This document shows positions 1-15,054 of a DNA stretch of 64,000 nucleotides, piece by piece. Positions within the stretch are counted from its first letter, which is position 1, and each line of letters opens with the position of its first letter. Origin of the DNA: the human T2T-CHM13v2.0 reference genome, Homo sapiens; the NCBI RefSeq assembly GCF_009914755.1, contig NC_060934.1; one strand, written 5' to 3'. The position numbers were made by a program, and so were the translations under genes. The notes beneath the pieces were generated by a model, which saw only the letters and a list, made by a program, of their open reading frames with translations, ran no database searches and was not told the DNA's origin.

Positions 1-425
1 CAGCCTGTGCCAGCTGGGCTCCTAACTCTTCTCTGACTCTTTAACCTCACTTCTGACCACCCCCATCTCACCCCTTCACTCTGCTCCAGCTACCTGCTTG
101 CCATCCCTCAAGTACATCAAGCCCACTCCTGCCTCTGGCCTGTTGTACTTGCTGTGCCCTCTGTGTGGGATGTTCTTTCCCCACATGGCTGTGTGGCTTG
201 CTCCCAACTCCCTCCCTGTCCTTCCTTGAGAGCCACATTATATAACCATGCTGCACGCTCCGTCTCCGCCTGCTCCTTACTCTGCTTTATTTCTCTTTAG
301 AGAACTCATCACCACTTGACGTACTACCAATTCACGAAAGCGCAGACTTAGCTGTGTCTCTTGGGCCTAGAACACTGTCTGGCATGTAGTCGATGTTAAA
401 TAAATATCTGTGAAATTAATAAATA
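1..425 (+). mobile_element. L2 3' fragment
   Basis: L2-type text (ccttcactctgctccagc ... cctagaacactgtctggcatgtagt ... aataaatatctgtgaa). Confidence 0.7.
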
Positions 426-1395
426 AAATGTTAGGTCCTAGGTATTCCATTCCCAGGGATATCTGTATTCTGGGACTGATTCTGTGTGGTTGGACTAGGA
501 CCGCATTTTCTAGCAATGATCAATATACTTCTAACCCTTATTGGTTTTCCTCATTAATGTTCCAATAGAGTGATTGGAGAAATTGTGTCTGAATGATCCC
601 TCCAATCCCTCCAATCACTCTATGGGAATGTTAATGAGGAAAGCCAGTCAGGCTTGGAAGCCTATAGCGTTTTTGAGAAAAGTTAGCAAGTAATGTAGGA
701 AAATGATCAGAAGGATATTTCTGTACTATCTCAAAATATCCCCACAAGGGTTGTGATTGGGAAGAAAAGGGACTGCCCATGCACCCAAAGGTGTTAATTG
801 TGTAGTAGGATTTTAGGAAGTTTTTCATGATCAAGTTCTCCACCAAGAAGAGCTAGCATCTTAAAATAAGTCACTGTTAGGACTGGTGATGACACGGATG
901 TTCGTCTGCATACAAGCACAGGCACACTGCAACCCTGGCCCTTGAAGGACAATTCTGTTTTATTAAAGGCTTGAGTTTATAACCACAAAGGTATTCTTTT
1001 TGTTCAGGTAGTCAGCATTCACTCAATAAACACTTGTTTATCCTATCTTTATCCCAGGTATTGTTGTAGGCTCTGAGACCTAGTAGAAAAACTGACCAAG
1101 TCCTTTGAAGTATTAGTTATTGAGTGGCCAATAAGAGAAGACAAAAAAGAATTAAAAATCCGTAGATGTGGTTCATCCACTCCCAGATTAGAATAAAGAT
1201 CCATTGCACAGTTTCTTCTATATAGTTTTATGGATGTAGGATAGATAATATTATCCTCTGAGGCTCATTGATGAGTAAATACAAATAAAAGTGGATTGTT
1301 TTCAACTATGTGTTCAAAGAAAGTCTTATATTACACAGGTGGATAATATTCATTATGTTAGAGCAGTTTCTAAGAGATCTGTTTCAAAGCATTTA

Positions 1396-1731
<336 letters not shown>

Positions 1732-2194
1732 GAAAGCTATGTCCCCTTTCTCCTGAGAACACGATTGACTTTGTGTACATATTTGCAATATGGCAGATTG
1801 AAAGACACACAAAAGGGACTTTGTCCATGCACCAGTCAAGAAAAGAAGCATACAGGAGAAGCTAGATTGGGTGTTTTTGATCTTAAATAGCCTGGAAGGA
1901 AGTCATGCACAATTCTAGACTCTATGACTTCGGAAGGCCTCAGGTAACTATCCAGAGACTCTCCTCAATGTGCTGGACACTGCATAGGATGTGCCAGGAA
2001 TATGGACCCAACTTTCAAGGAGCCTAAATAGTTTTTTTCCCCTATTGAGAATGACATGACCCAAAAACCCAACCCAACCAACCCATTTATTTCTCTTTTA
2101 TGTAAAGTCACCAGAAAACACAAAAACTAGCTGATTTCCTTATGCTAGCATCTTGCCCAAATCATCGATCTTGGTAATATTATTTCCTTGGGGC

Positions 2195-2356
2195 AGCTGT
2201 TCTCAGTGTTGGCTGCATGTTGGAATCACCTGGGGATTTAAATACTGATGCTTGGATCCTATCCCCAGAGATTCTGATGTACATAGTCTGGGGTACAGAT
2301 GGGTTCTTAAAAGCTCCTTGAGTGTTTCCAATGCAACACCAAAGTTGAAAAGCATT
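2195..2356. mobile_element. MER5A-like hAT MITE
   Basis: ttctcagtgttggctgcatgttggaatcacctgggg ... ccccagagattctga ... caaagttgaaaagca. Confidence 0.7.
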
Positions 2357-3604
2357 GCTTTAACATGACCCATGGCATGATGGCGAGGCATGACGAGGGG
2401 ACAAGCTATTCAAAGAAGAGAACCATAGCTCAGTTTCAGGCCCAGCCTGAGAGCTGCCATTTTGCATAGGATGCTGAAACGCCTGGGAGTCCTGACCATT
2501 TGCATAGAGATTTGCAATCCTGCTTTCCACACCAGCTTGAGGAATGAAAACTCTGGAGTGGTACCCATAGAGACAGCCTTTCCTTCCCCACACTGAGCCA
2601 ATAAGCAATGTCATTCTACCCAAGATGAGAAGTCAATGGCTTAACATGACATAAGCTGCTATACAAAACAAAATAAATATCGGTTCACCAAGTTTGGGTC
2701 ACTTAAAATTGCACGGGCCTAACCAATGCAGGGAAAATGGCCTTCAATGCATTCTATGAACCAGAGAATTGGAGTCCCCAGTAGTCTGTGTTCTTTTTCT
2801 CCAGAGAGGCGTATATTTATAGAAGGAACAAAACCCCATGCAGGATGAGGGGGCTGGCTAATAATATGTGTGAATACACTGATCTGTCTGAACAGTTCTT
2901 GGCTGCCTGCGCTCAATGGTAATAAATATCCACTGAAAGCCGTCTGCTGTATGTGTTTTTGGTAACGTCTCACACTTCCCTGCATGAATACATTCAGAAT
3001 GTAAGCAGCACACACTCAACGATAGAGACTCTGTTGTATTCCGAATTCTTAAGTTATGCAGCTTAGCAGCTGTGATAATGTAATGGTTTGCAAAATAATA
3101 GACTGGCAAGACGTCAACCTGGAATAACACATCATATAATGAATGATGTGGGTACAAAAACGTTTAATTTATGCTGTGTTAAAAATATCGCTCCAGAAAT
3201 ATTCCACCATTTCAGTCTTTCCCAGACACACAAAAACCCTTTCACCTAAAGTATTGGAATAATTGTGATAAAAGAGAATGCTTTCTTGTCTCATTTTTCC
3301 CCCAATAAAATCATCAGATTTGTACTACTTTGTGAAGAGATCTATGATTTGAGTCTGATTGGCTGTTCATGCATTAACTTTGTTCCACTTAAAGATGTAC
3401 AGCATGGTCTTAGAGTTCCGAATAAATAAGAAAAGAGCATTTCGCTTTCTCCGCTTGTACTGACACGTAAGAGTGAACACATTTTCCACCAGAGATAATG
3501 GGACTTGTGGTAGGTTAGCACGAGGATGGAGGCTGTTCCAGTGTAGGTCTTAATTCTGATCCTCTTCTCGAATTTGCTCACTGACAGTTTATATGAACTT
3601 TTAG

Positions 3605-4520
3605 ATTTCATTCATTCTGTCATCTAGTGGATATTTATTGCACTCCTGTTATGAACCAGGAACCCAGGGGTGTTCCCTGTCCTCAAGATGCCTGCCATCG
3701 TACGGAGGATTATGACTGAAGCAAACCAGTGGTTTCAATGCAGTGTGATTTGTGCTATTGTAAAGGGATCCTAGAGTACTACGGGAGCCAGCAGGGAGAG
3801 CATTTACTCAGACTTGGGGAAGGGATGGGGTGCCTGGAAGAGCTTCCTGTGGAATTGGCTTTAGGCTGAAAGAAGTAAAGGGGGTGGAGGGAGGAGGCAG
3901 AAATTGCCAGGAAGATGAAAACACACGCAAAGTTCCTGGGGCAAGAGCAAGCTCCGTAGTTTGGAGGAACAGCAAACATGTCCACGCATGGTTGGAATAT
4001 AACATTCCCAGGGTAAAGCATGGGAAGAGGTGAGGCTGGAGGGCTGTGATTAGGAAAGGCCTTGTGATTTGTCCTTATCCTGAGGCAGGGAGCCACTTAA
4101 GGGTTTCAGTAGACGAGTGACACAATCACCCCTCGGTTTTAGAAAGAGCACAGTGGCTGCAGCACAGAGCGTGAATTGAGGGGAGCAAGACTGGCCACGG
4201 CGAGAAGGCAACACGCAGGCAAGAGATGGTGGCGGGCTGCACCACGGAATAGAGGAGCAGGACGGGGAGAGACGTTTCAGAGCTGGAATGGACAGTGCCT
4301 TGTGGCTGTGAGAAGGAGACGATGGAAAGAGAGGAGGCAGGAAGACGCCAGGGTCTAGTTTGGGTTTTAGGAAGCTGGGGGTGTTGGAGGAGAAGCAGGA
4401 TTATTAGGAGAGATGACGAAGTTCATCGTGGACATGCTGGATTTGAGGTGTTGAGATGTTCAAGAGAACAGTGATGTCCAGTCCAGCTTGGGGGTCTGTG
4501 GGTGTGGATATTAGAGATGA
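3605..4520 (-). mobile_element. L2 fragment
   Basis: Begins ttcattcattc..tatttattg (L2 3' end reversed) and continues as purine-rich antisense L2. Confidence 0.6.
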
Positions 4521-5315
4521 TAAGTCAACGGGGCAGACGAGCAATCCAGTAAATGCAGGAAATTATGCTCCCACTTCAACAGGTGATCTTACAGCTGGAA
4601 AATCAGTGGGTGAAAACGGAGATACAGCAACTCTGTAAGTATTTGCACGACTGGGTCAGAGCCCTCATAGGCGGGCATCTCAGGGTGTGAAGAAATATAC
4701 ATTTCTCAGCTTCCTGGAGCCCAAACTACAGCAGAGAATACAGACAGAAGCCTAGCAGATTTCACCTCCACTTAAAACCACAAACTAAGACAACATGGGG
4801 TGGGCCACATAAAAGGTTCACTCACTCATTCTTAGGCTTTGCATCTATAAAGGTAATCTCCAACATAAAACCATTTCCTCGTATTGCAAAGTTATAGCAG
4901 TTTAATAAAAACTTCCTCCCTGCCCCAAGGCAAACGCCCAGGAAAAAATTTCCACATTTTCTCTTTCCTTAACTCATTTATATGTTTTGTTCTTACATTT
5001 ATTAGAATTTTCCATGAAGTTCATTTTTACTTTACTTCTGGAATAAAAACCATCTGGCTTTAGAAGGAAGAGACCATACAGAAGGATGTGGGCTTGAGTA
5101 AGTTGAGTTACTTGGGATTCACGTGTAGTCAGTTAGAAAAATTTTGTTTTCCACGTGTCTTACATAAAATTGGGAGTCCCAGAAAAGTTATCACCACGAC
5201 ACAATATACTGCTTGTCTTGGCTTTAGCAAGCGAATAGCCCTAAAGGATCTCCCCAGGAGACAGGGAGGTGTGTCTAAATATAAAAAATTGTCATCTGTT
5301 TATTAAAAATACAAG

Positions 5316-5639
<324 letters not shown>

Positions 5640-5930
5640 TTATACACAAAGACAGGCAATCTTAAAAATGATGCCTATCATTATGGACTACATTTTATAT
5701 GATTGCCAGGTATTGTGTTACGTCCTTGCATACATTTTTGGTGATCCTTTACAAGCACTGCAAAGGGGTGGGCAGTGTGGATGAATAAACCGAAGCTGAG
5801 AAAGTTTGAGTCACTCTATCAAGGCCATATGACTCGTAAATATTCAATAGTTAAAGAGTAAATAGTAAAACTCGTAAATAGCAAATAGACAAGCCTCACT
5901 CTTGTCACCCCACCCTGCTGCTTTCTGTAG

Positions 5931-6375
<445 letters not shown>

Positions 6376-9113
6376 CATTTTATATTTCCTTTATGTTTTC
6401 CACCCTCCCTAGCACAGTGACGGGCTCTTGGCAGTCTGAAGAAGCATGAACCAGAACTAAGCCTGGTCTCTCAGGATTTGGTGGATGTCTAAGTTGCAGG
6501 GTTAAGAAGTTGCAGTTCCTTCTTTCAACTCAACCTCTAGCAGTTGGATACAGAAGCAATTGTCGAACCTGGGCACCTAAGGGGACAGGACTGTCAGTGT
6601 CCTGGAAATCATGTTCTTCTCTTTGGTTTTCACCACCTCTTAATGGCATATCTTCTATATTTCCTTTAATGTGAACACAGGTAACGAGTTGGTTATAACC
6701 CTTTTCTCAGGGCCAGGCTGCCATGCCATCGCTCCTCCAGAGAGCAAACACGAAACATGATCCTATGGCAAGAACATACAATGCCAGGTCCCTGGATTTA
6801 GGTCCTGCTCTGTCATTGACTGTATATTCCCATAAAGAAGATTAAAACTCTCCACGCCTTGGTTTCCCTGTTTATACAGGACAAGGGTAGTAACCCCTGG
6901 GCTCTGTGCCTTGTTAGTGACTCGCAATGGTAAAGCAGGGGAATGAACTGAAAGCCTTACAGAAATGTAAGGTCTTCCGCGTCATTAGATGCTGTGAGAC
7001 AATGGAAACCAACTCAAATGCCTGGCGCCCTTAGAGCCGCTGATGGAACTGAACAAACTGCTATTGCTTTACACTCCCAATGGAAGGGTGCTGGCTCTCA
7101 GTGTTTGCCCTTACCTCTCCTCCTCTTCTATAAACACAGGACTCCATTCTGAAAATTGTCACAGAATTGTCAATTCCTCTGACCCACAGTGTTAGATGTC
7201 CAGTGGAATTGACAGGACATCATACATTTCAATTAGTTCCACTCTCCATTGCTGTGGAGGGTGAGGTGCTACCTCACCTTCATGGGGAAGACCCAATGTT
7301 CCAAGGATGTGCAGCGCGGGAGGGCCCCAAACCATTCAGACCATACTCATGTTAAGGCCCATGTAACAGTGGGGTGTGCTCAAGGGCAGAAAATAGCCCT
7401 GTGTGCTTTGAAGGCAAGTGTGTGCAAACATACCCAATAACAGACATGTTTTGTGTATGATACTATATTCCCATATTGTCAATTTTTCTTAAATTAGTAA
7501 ACAATGACTAACAGAAGTGGTAACTGCCTATATTTGAATTTATGCAAACATACATGATTTATTAAACACTTTATCTGGAGAACATAATGGTATAAATGGA
7601 GGTTTCCAGGCGACTGGATTTGTGTGTGTGTGTGTGCGCGTCTATAAAGGAAGACTATGTGCTCAATGTGGCCATTCACACAGCCCTAAGGCACACAATT
7701 CACACTTCCATGTTAGCATTTGTGAATAAATATCTTAATAATAGAACACGTGATAAAAATTTTGTTACCATACAGACCAAAGAGTTTTCACTAACACCTA
7801 ACATCACACTCAATAGCAGCCTGATCAATGTGTAAATTTTGCTGTCACTGATGGCCTAAGATCTAAGCTATTGGAATAACATGAAATACACAGTAAGCAT
7901 TTAATACATATTAGTTGATGATCTTGACATTCAGAACAAGAAATAAGTCTCAAAATAAAGACCGACACACAACCAGAATAGAAAGCAACGTTTTTTTCAT
8001 TATTCAAATGGCAGAAAAAATGTAACTCATCAAAACTCAGGAAATCAACCCGACCTAAGTATTTAGTTAGCCCCTCACATTTTTAAACCTTTAGTTTTTT
8101 TTTTTAAATAAAACATCGCTGAGTAGTAAGTTATACCAACCAGAAAAAGTCACTTGAATTCAGTTCTGATCTTCTTTATAAGATGCTGCGGATAGCTGAT
8201 CTAACAAGAGAGCTTCATGTGATGCTATTTGCTTTATTAGGTCTTGGACTACACCTTAACTGAAGACGTCTATGTAGGTGACGAAAACTCATGGAAGGAC
8301 TTGCCACAATTCAAACATGGGCTTTTGGGGTTTCTGAGACCAACAGAACCACCATATACTTTGTGGGTGTAGGGATTCTCCCTGCATGTTGAGCCTGTCA
8401 CCCTAATGACAACCAGCTTTGCATTAACTAGAGTCAGCCCCAAAAATGCATCTGTTACTCCAGAGAAGGACAAATCCTTATTATTACTTTATAGGATTTT
8501 CTCTACTAGGGGCTTCCATAAAGTAAACATGCTTTCAGGAAATTAACAGAGTAATTTTAAGCCAAAATCCATAGCATTAAAAACAAATAAACCCCAAATG
8601 ATAGCAATGTATTTGGGGGAAAAAAAGCGTGTAATCAACTGCCTGCATAATTTAAACTGCCAAAGCTTTGAAGCTCCTTAACATCACCATCACCTCCCTT
8701 TTAGACACTGTCACCCAGCAGAAGAAATTCACAGCCCTGCTGCTCTAATGAGTATGTTTCAGTAAACACAGAAGAAATCATTTTCACAGCCCCCATGCAT
8801 TTCTCAGCAAGCACTCAAATCTTTCAAACCCATTCCAGGGGGAAGTTTCCATCCCAATCTTTTCCCTCATATTTCATCTCTAAGAGCACCCCTCCCCCAT
8901 CTGAGATCCACAAGTTACAAAAATTACTGTTTCAGGTTTCTCATCATTATCTGTTAAAAAACTAAAATTACAGATGAGATAGTATTCTACAGTCCCAGGA
9001 ACTCCAACTGTTCAGGAAACGTGAGTAACAGAAGTAACGCGGTATACAATGAAAACAAACATCTTCCTGTCTTTGGAGCAACTGAGAAGCAAACAACCCG
9101 CCACGTAGCTTAC

Positions 9114-9206
9114 CCTTTCAACGCTGCGCCTTCTCAGAGATCCATAAGGAATTTTCAGTAAAAGTCTTTGGGATCTATTCGGAGCCACTGCAGCCTGAAC
9201 CACCAT
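9114..9206 (-). CDS. FRMD4A: Alternative first coding exon of FERM domain-containing protein 4A (31 codons, MVVQAAVAPNRSQRLLLKIPYGSLRRRSVER)
   Basis: Strong Kozak ACC-ATG-G at 9206; 93 nt ending GAA AGG|GTAAGC (donor at 9113, phase 0). I recognise the peptide from memory as an FRMD4A isoform N-terminus that continues into MTEGRRCQVHLL, encoded outside the window. Confidence 0.88.
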
Positions 9207-9215
9207 GGTGTACAG

Positions 9216-9216
<1 letters not shown>

Positions 9217-9278
<62 letters not shown>
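9217..9278. repeat. (TG)31 / (CA)31 microsatellite
   Basis: Perfect dinucleotide run ending 10 nt upstream of the exon ATG on the minus strand. Confidence 0.98.
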
Positions 9279-9280
<2 letters not shown>

Positions 9281-9399
9281 CCCAGCAAAGGGAGAGAAGG
9301 AGCCTCCCTCAAAAATAAGTTATGGTCTCCTGGAGGGTTCCCAAATATCAAATAACTGAAAGAGTTTTTCTTTCGACCATCTGAGTCAAGATGTGGTTT

Positions 9400-11170
9400 G
9401 TCAGGAGGAGGGGGGATGGGAAGAAAGAAAACCAGCCCAAGTTCTGCAACTTCAGCGCCCACGAAGCAGCATCTCTAGCTTTCTTCCATCTGTCCCTCTG
9501 CACAGCTGGCTCAGCGAGACTGCCGTGTCCCGCTTGTGGGCAAGTGACGCGTCTGGGGAGAGTGATCCAGAAATGTCAACTTTGCTTCTCGTGGCTGCAG
9601 ATGGTAATCAGGTCAGTTGTCTAATCAAAGCTCTATCAGACGTATTATTCATTCCATCACGTGACTCCCAAGCCCCTCGGCCGTACAGTAGGTCACATGC
9701 TCACCTTAAAAAGACTATTTGGAATATCACCATCTGGAGTGGAGATTAATGCAGAATCCTACATTCTGATTTCACTCCCTTCTGAACGGAGGAACAATAT
9801 CTGAAGACCACAGACAGAACACATCAGGGACCTCTTTGCAATCATAAATTCTATCTATAAAACTGAGCATCAGACATGCGTATCTGTTTACCCTTCCTGC
9901 TTTCTAACGCATAAAAATAAACGCACGGGTATTACTCACTGTATATGTGAATACAGTCCACAGAGAGAAAGTATGAGGGAAAGAAGAAGAAACTGTTGCA
10001 ATCACATGGTTCAGATGAATCAAATCAAATCGAACAGGCTTGTGTTTGGCACCTTCTCATTTAAATGTTTGTGTTATAGAACATTTATTTTTACGTGTGC
10101 CAGTAAACAAGAAGAAATTATGTTTCGTTTTACAAGGCTGTGTCGAAGCAGATTCATCCATCACGTCTGTCAATTATTTTCTGATCATATTGTGTAATTT
10201 CAGATCACACAGCCTTCTTTGATGGATGGCATAAATGGTCTCAAACGTTAACTTTTCTGTAATATTTTCCCCTACCTCCCCCATCTCTACTCCTCTTGAA
10301 ATCGGCTTATTTCCATGGCAGAAAAAATTACTACAAAGAAAATCAAGTAAGGTGCTTCCAGGATATGGGGTATGTTTGGGTTTTTTTTTCTTTTTCTTTT
10401 TAAAGCATTTCTACATACGCTGCTTCTGTCTGTTCTGAGTTTTATGAAAGGGATGGCCATTTCCTTTGTAATCATCCCGTGGTTTTTGGTATTAGCCTTG
10501 ATACCACTCATACGCTCTGGGCACCAGCTTTGAGACACTGTCTGCAGACCAGTGTGCTTACTTCATTGAAAATGACGGAAATGAAGGTTCTGTGTATTCA
10601 AACACACCTAATAGGAAATGGGGGTGGGGTGCGAAGGAAAGAAGCAGAGTTTTGTACTATGAGAAAATGAATCAGAAGAAAGAGGCGAAGGGTGCCACGG
10701 CGGCGGCAGCAGCGCACGGGCTGGAAACCTGGGTTCAGCCCTCCAGCGCAGACACACATCGCGAGTCAGTTAAAGAAAGCATCAGGTTGATGTGGGAAAT
10801 TCCAAATATACAACAATTGGGCTTTGTTCGTAATTGGTTCCATGTGTGCAGTAGGAGAGTCAGTGAGAGGGTGAGAGAGACAGGGGGAGACGGAAACCTC
10901 TTAACCACGGCTCACACGGCGTCTTTGGTGAGGTGGTTTAGGTTTACATCTCTTTTTTCTCTCTTTCTTGCTTCTTGCCTGCACTGCCTGGTTTCAGAGC
11001 ATTGGCGGGGGGTGGGAAAAAATCTGGAACGATACCCGATGATTGAGCCAAAGCAAGAGAAACTCATTTCTTTGTAAAACTGCACTTGACGTTGTAACGG
11101 TTTTGAACAAAGGATAGGCACATTTTCAGAACACTTTATCTGTTGAGAGTCACGGCATGTCATTCTTCCA
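9400..11170 (-). promoter_or_regulatory. Probable internal promoter / 5'UTR region for the 9114-9206 exon
   Basis: Transposon-free stretch upstream of a first exon, with locally retained CpGs (9455-9690, 10680-10925) and minus-strand donor-like sites at 9704 and about 9939. Confidence 0.5.
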
Positions 11171-11734
11171 GCTCAGTTTTGGGGTCGGTGGTGGGGGACA
11201 ATGATGAGATGGACTGAGAAGCCACTGTCCTCTTCTCTGACCCAGGCCAGGGCAAAGCCCCGGGGAGCTGAATTTATTTACATTTGACTAAATGCAACTT
11301 CCTGTTTCCCAGGGGTATTAATGAGTGTTTCACTGTGGAGCTTAGGCTTATGGCATAGTTCAGATCATAAGGGACATTTTGATGAACTAAGTGCAAATAA
11401 AACAAAAACACATGCATTTGATTAAGGTTAAAATACATATAGAAGAGAATGTTAATGGAAACAAAAATAACCCTGGGCCAGACTCCCACACATCTGAGTC
11501 TCACACATTCCACATCCTTCCCTTGGGAGGCGGGGAGAAGGATCACTTTTCATATTAGCACAAAAGCCTCCTCCCAGATAATGGAGCTCTCCCCAGTCCC
11601 CGCGGAGTAGGTGACCCCCTCCTTGGAGTGATTTCAAGGCTCTCAAAGGTTGGCTTGTCCAAAAATATCTTTCTGATTGTCTTGCCATGGGTGTCGGAGA
11701 CTTACATATTCGAAATTAATTGTCGAGTTTAGGT

Positions 11735-11877
11735 CTTTTTTTTTTTTTTTTTTTTTTAAATAGAGACAGAGTCTCACTATATTGCTCAGGGTGGTCTTGA
11801 ACTCCTGGGCTCAAGCAATCTCCTCGCTTCGGCCCCCCAAAGTGCTAGGATTACAGGCATGAGCCACCATGCCTGGC
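11735..11877 (-). mobile_element. Alu monomer (FLAM-like)
   Basis: Poly-T followed by a single antisense left-arm monomer. Confidence 0.85.
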
Positions 11878-11979
11878 CAAGTATTTCTTTCCATTGTTAG
11901 AATACAAATATGTTTCCCCGGAAGGGATATGCATTCATACTCTCACAGTTATGACCACTTTAGGAGAAGCAAGGGGAAT

Positions 11980-12190
11980 GAATGTTCACTGAGCACCTAC
12001 CCATTGGCAGGCCATGTGCTGTGAGGTTATCAAAGGCTACTTCCATGGAGGAAATGCGTTTCATTATCCCTGTTTCAGTGGTGAAGAAACTGGTGCTCAG
12101 AGGGGCTTAGTAAGTTGGCCAAGGCAGCACAGCTAGAAATGTCAGAGCTAGGATGAAAACCAAAGTCAACTGGTGTGATTTCAGGGCCCA
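11980..12190 (-). mobile_element. MIR
   Basis: Core gaagaaactggtgctcagagggg..taagttggccaaggcagcacagctag. Confidence 0.7.
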
Positions 12191-12548
12191 GCTTGCCTGT
12201 CCTACAGGACTTTATCAGATTACAGCAGTTTGGAAATCCCAAAGGAAGATACATCCGTTGAACCCAACAGGAAAATGGAAAACTCTGTCTTTGAAAAGAA
12301 GAGAATGTCAATATAGGAAATTGTTAGATTGAGCAATTTTAGAGTTTCTGGAGCTGCTGCTTTGATGTCACCAGGAGTTGGGCACAGGGGACGGAGGGGC
12401 TAAGAACCACAAAGGGGGAGGCAGGGAGGCTGGCCTAAGGGGTCAAGGGAGGAGCCGAGTTATTAGAGCCAGGGGCCAGGTCACCTAGTGGAGTCTAGAA
12501 CCTTGGAGACCCATCCAGTGGGAGACTCAGCCGCTGCTGAAGCCTTCA

Positions 12549-13119
<571 letters not shown>

Positions 13120-14242
13120 CTATGGAACAATATTACATAGAAAGAGCAGGTTGTTGTCAGGATAGTGGATGACACGGTACCCTCAGCATCCAGGAATGGC
13201 CTAATGGCTGCTGGATGTGGGGTGGGAGTTGAGGGGGGAAAGATGCCTCAGGGATGGGGGGCAGTCAACAAACTGTGTGCAGGAGAGGGAGATGTAGAAG
13301 ACACTCTTCAGTTCTAGACTCTCCGAAGCTGCTGCTTTTGATGCCTCAGGGAGCAGCACACTTAAGGCTGGCAAAGCCTTTTGTTTGTTTGCTTTGAACA
13401 TTTCCTTCCAGTCTCAATGAAAATGTTTGCATTAAAACCCTGGAAGGAAAATGCATAGGAATCCATTGAGCCAGGTTTCAGGAAAGTCAATGGTCTTGAC
13501 ATGCCACAGCAAGATGTATCAAAGCAAATGGGTGTTCTTGGTCACGAACAGCAGGGTGTGAAAGGGGTGGCGGGAATGGGGGGAATGTTCCATTGGAGAG
13601 AGAACATTTTGCAGTGTTGGTGATAATGGAGGCAGCAGCAGGAGGGGGAAGAGTCTGCCGAGCCAACGTGTATGCACGGTCACAGGAGCAGACTCATAGA
13701 TGAAGCCAGTGCCCGCGCGGATGCATGCTGAAAAGCCACGTGAAGGGTAAATGATCTCCTGATGGAATCCTGGGTGCTGGCACGGACATGCAGCCTGGTC
13801 ATTGCAGCCCAGGGTGATCCTGATGAGCCGGCCTCAACTATTTGTCCAATCTTTTGCCCAGTGCCTGAAATTACCACTAGTGAGGCTGGCCTGTCTGTCC
13901 CCTGGAAGTCCACTCACATGTGCATCTGACCTCAGAACTGCCACTTGCTGGCACTAAATAAACTCATTTTCATTGCTTTATTTTGTTCATTTGGCAGAAT
14001 ACTGAAAGGACAGGCCACAGGACAGACAGGTTTCAGCTGGGGACGTGACTGAGGTCACACTGTATAATAGATGCTGTCGTGACACTCCCAGGGCAGAAGG
14101 CAGGCTGAGGCCACCATGAGCCCCAGCAGAAGGGGCAAAGGATGGTGAGCTGGAGAAAGAGATGGGAAGGTGACCTAAGGGGCCTTTCTGATTTTGTTCC
14201 TTATCATTCTTTCCTTTGCAAAAAAGGCGAAATACCACTTAC

Positions 14243-14275
14243 ATGAAGGAAACAGAAACAATCCAAGGCTGACAT
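14243..14275 (-). CDS. Weak candidate alternative first coding exon (MSALDCFCFLH)
   Basis: ACA-ATG, 11 codons, CAT|GTAAGT phase-0 donor at 14242; short enough to be chance. Confidence 0.3.
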
Positions 14276-14717
14276 TGTAAATATCTGTCCTAACCTCCAT
14301 CTTGAGCCATACTTCCTTGTAACATCTTGCAGGGTATTAAAAGCGGGCTCTTTCTCAGTGTCGTTTGAGGGCTCCAGGCAATAGATGGCAACTATTCCCA
14401 CCCTCTCCCACACGCCACTCAAGGAGTTAGGCCTCTAAGCAGGACATGCACAAGGGGTGTCTGAGAAGCAGGTTTGAAATCCCTCAATGACCTCACCTCC
14501 AGGCTGTAGGAGGAGGGAGAGGGAAACAAAAGAGGTGTGTGGGGCTCAGGGAAAGAGAGGTGCCTGAAATGGCTTATTGGAAGAGAGACATCTCTTGGAC
14601 CAGGGAATTGCAGAGATAAATCCCCAGAGATCCCCAGCAAAAAACCCACAAGGCACCCTGCAAGGACAAGAGGTGGGCTTAAACACCCATTAGTCCCAGA
14701 GAAAACCATGGCCAGCC

Positions 14718-15054
<337 letters not shown>

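Noticed and set aside
7115-7147. Minus-strand ATG..GAG|GTAAGG phase-0 mini-exon (MESCVYRRGGE)
   Set aside because: Only 11 codons with no promoter-like context; in-frame ATG/donor pairs are expected by chance. Worth one junction-read lookup at most.
10592-11077. 161-aa plus-strand ORF
   Set aside because: Non-ATG start in the track, no recognisable domain, lies in the probable promoter region.
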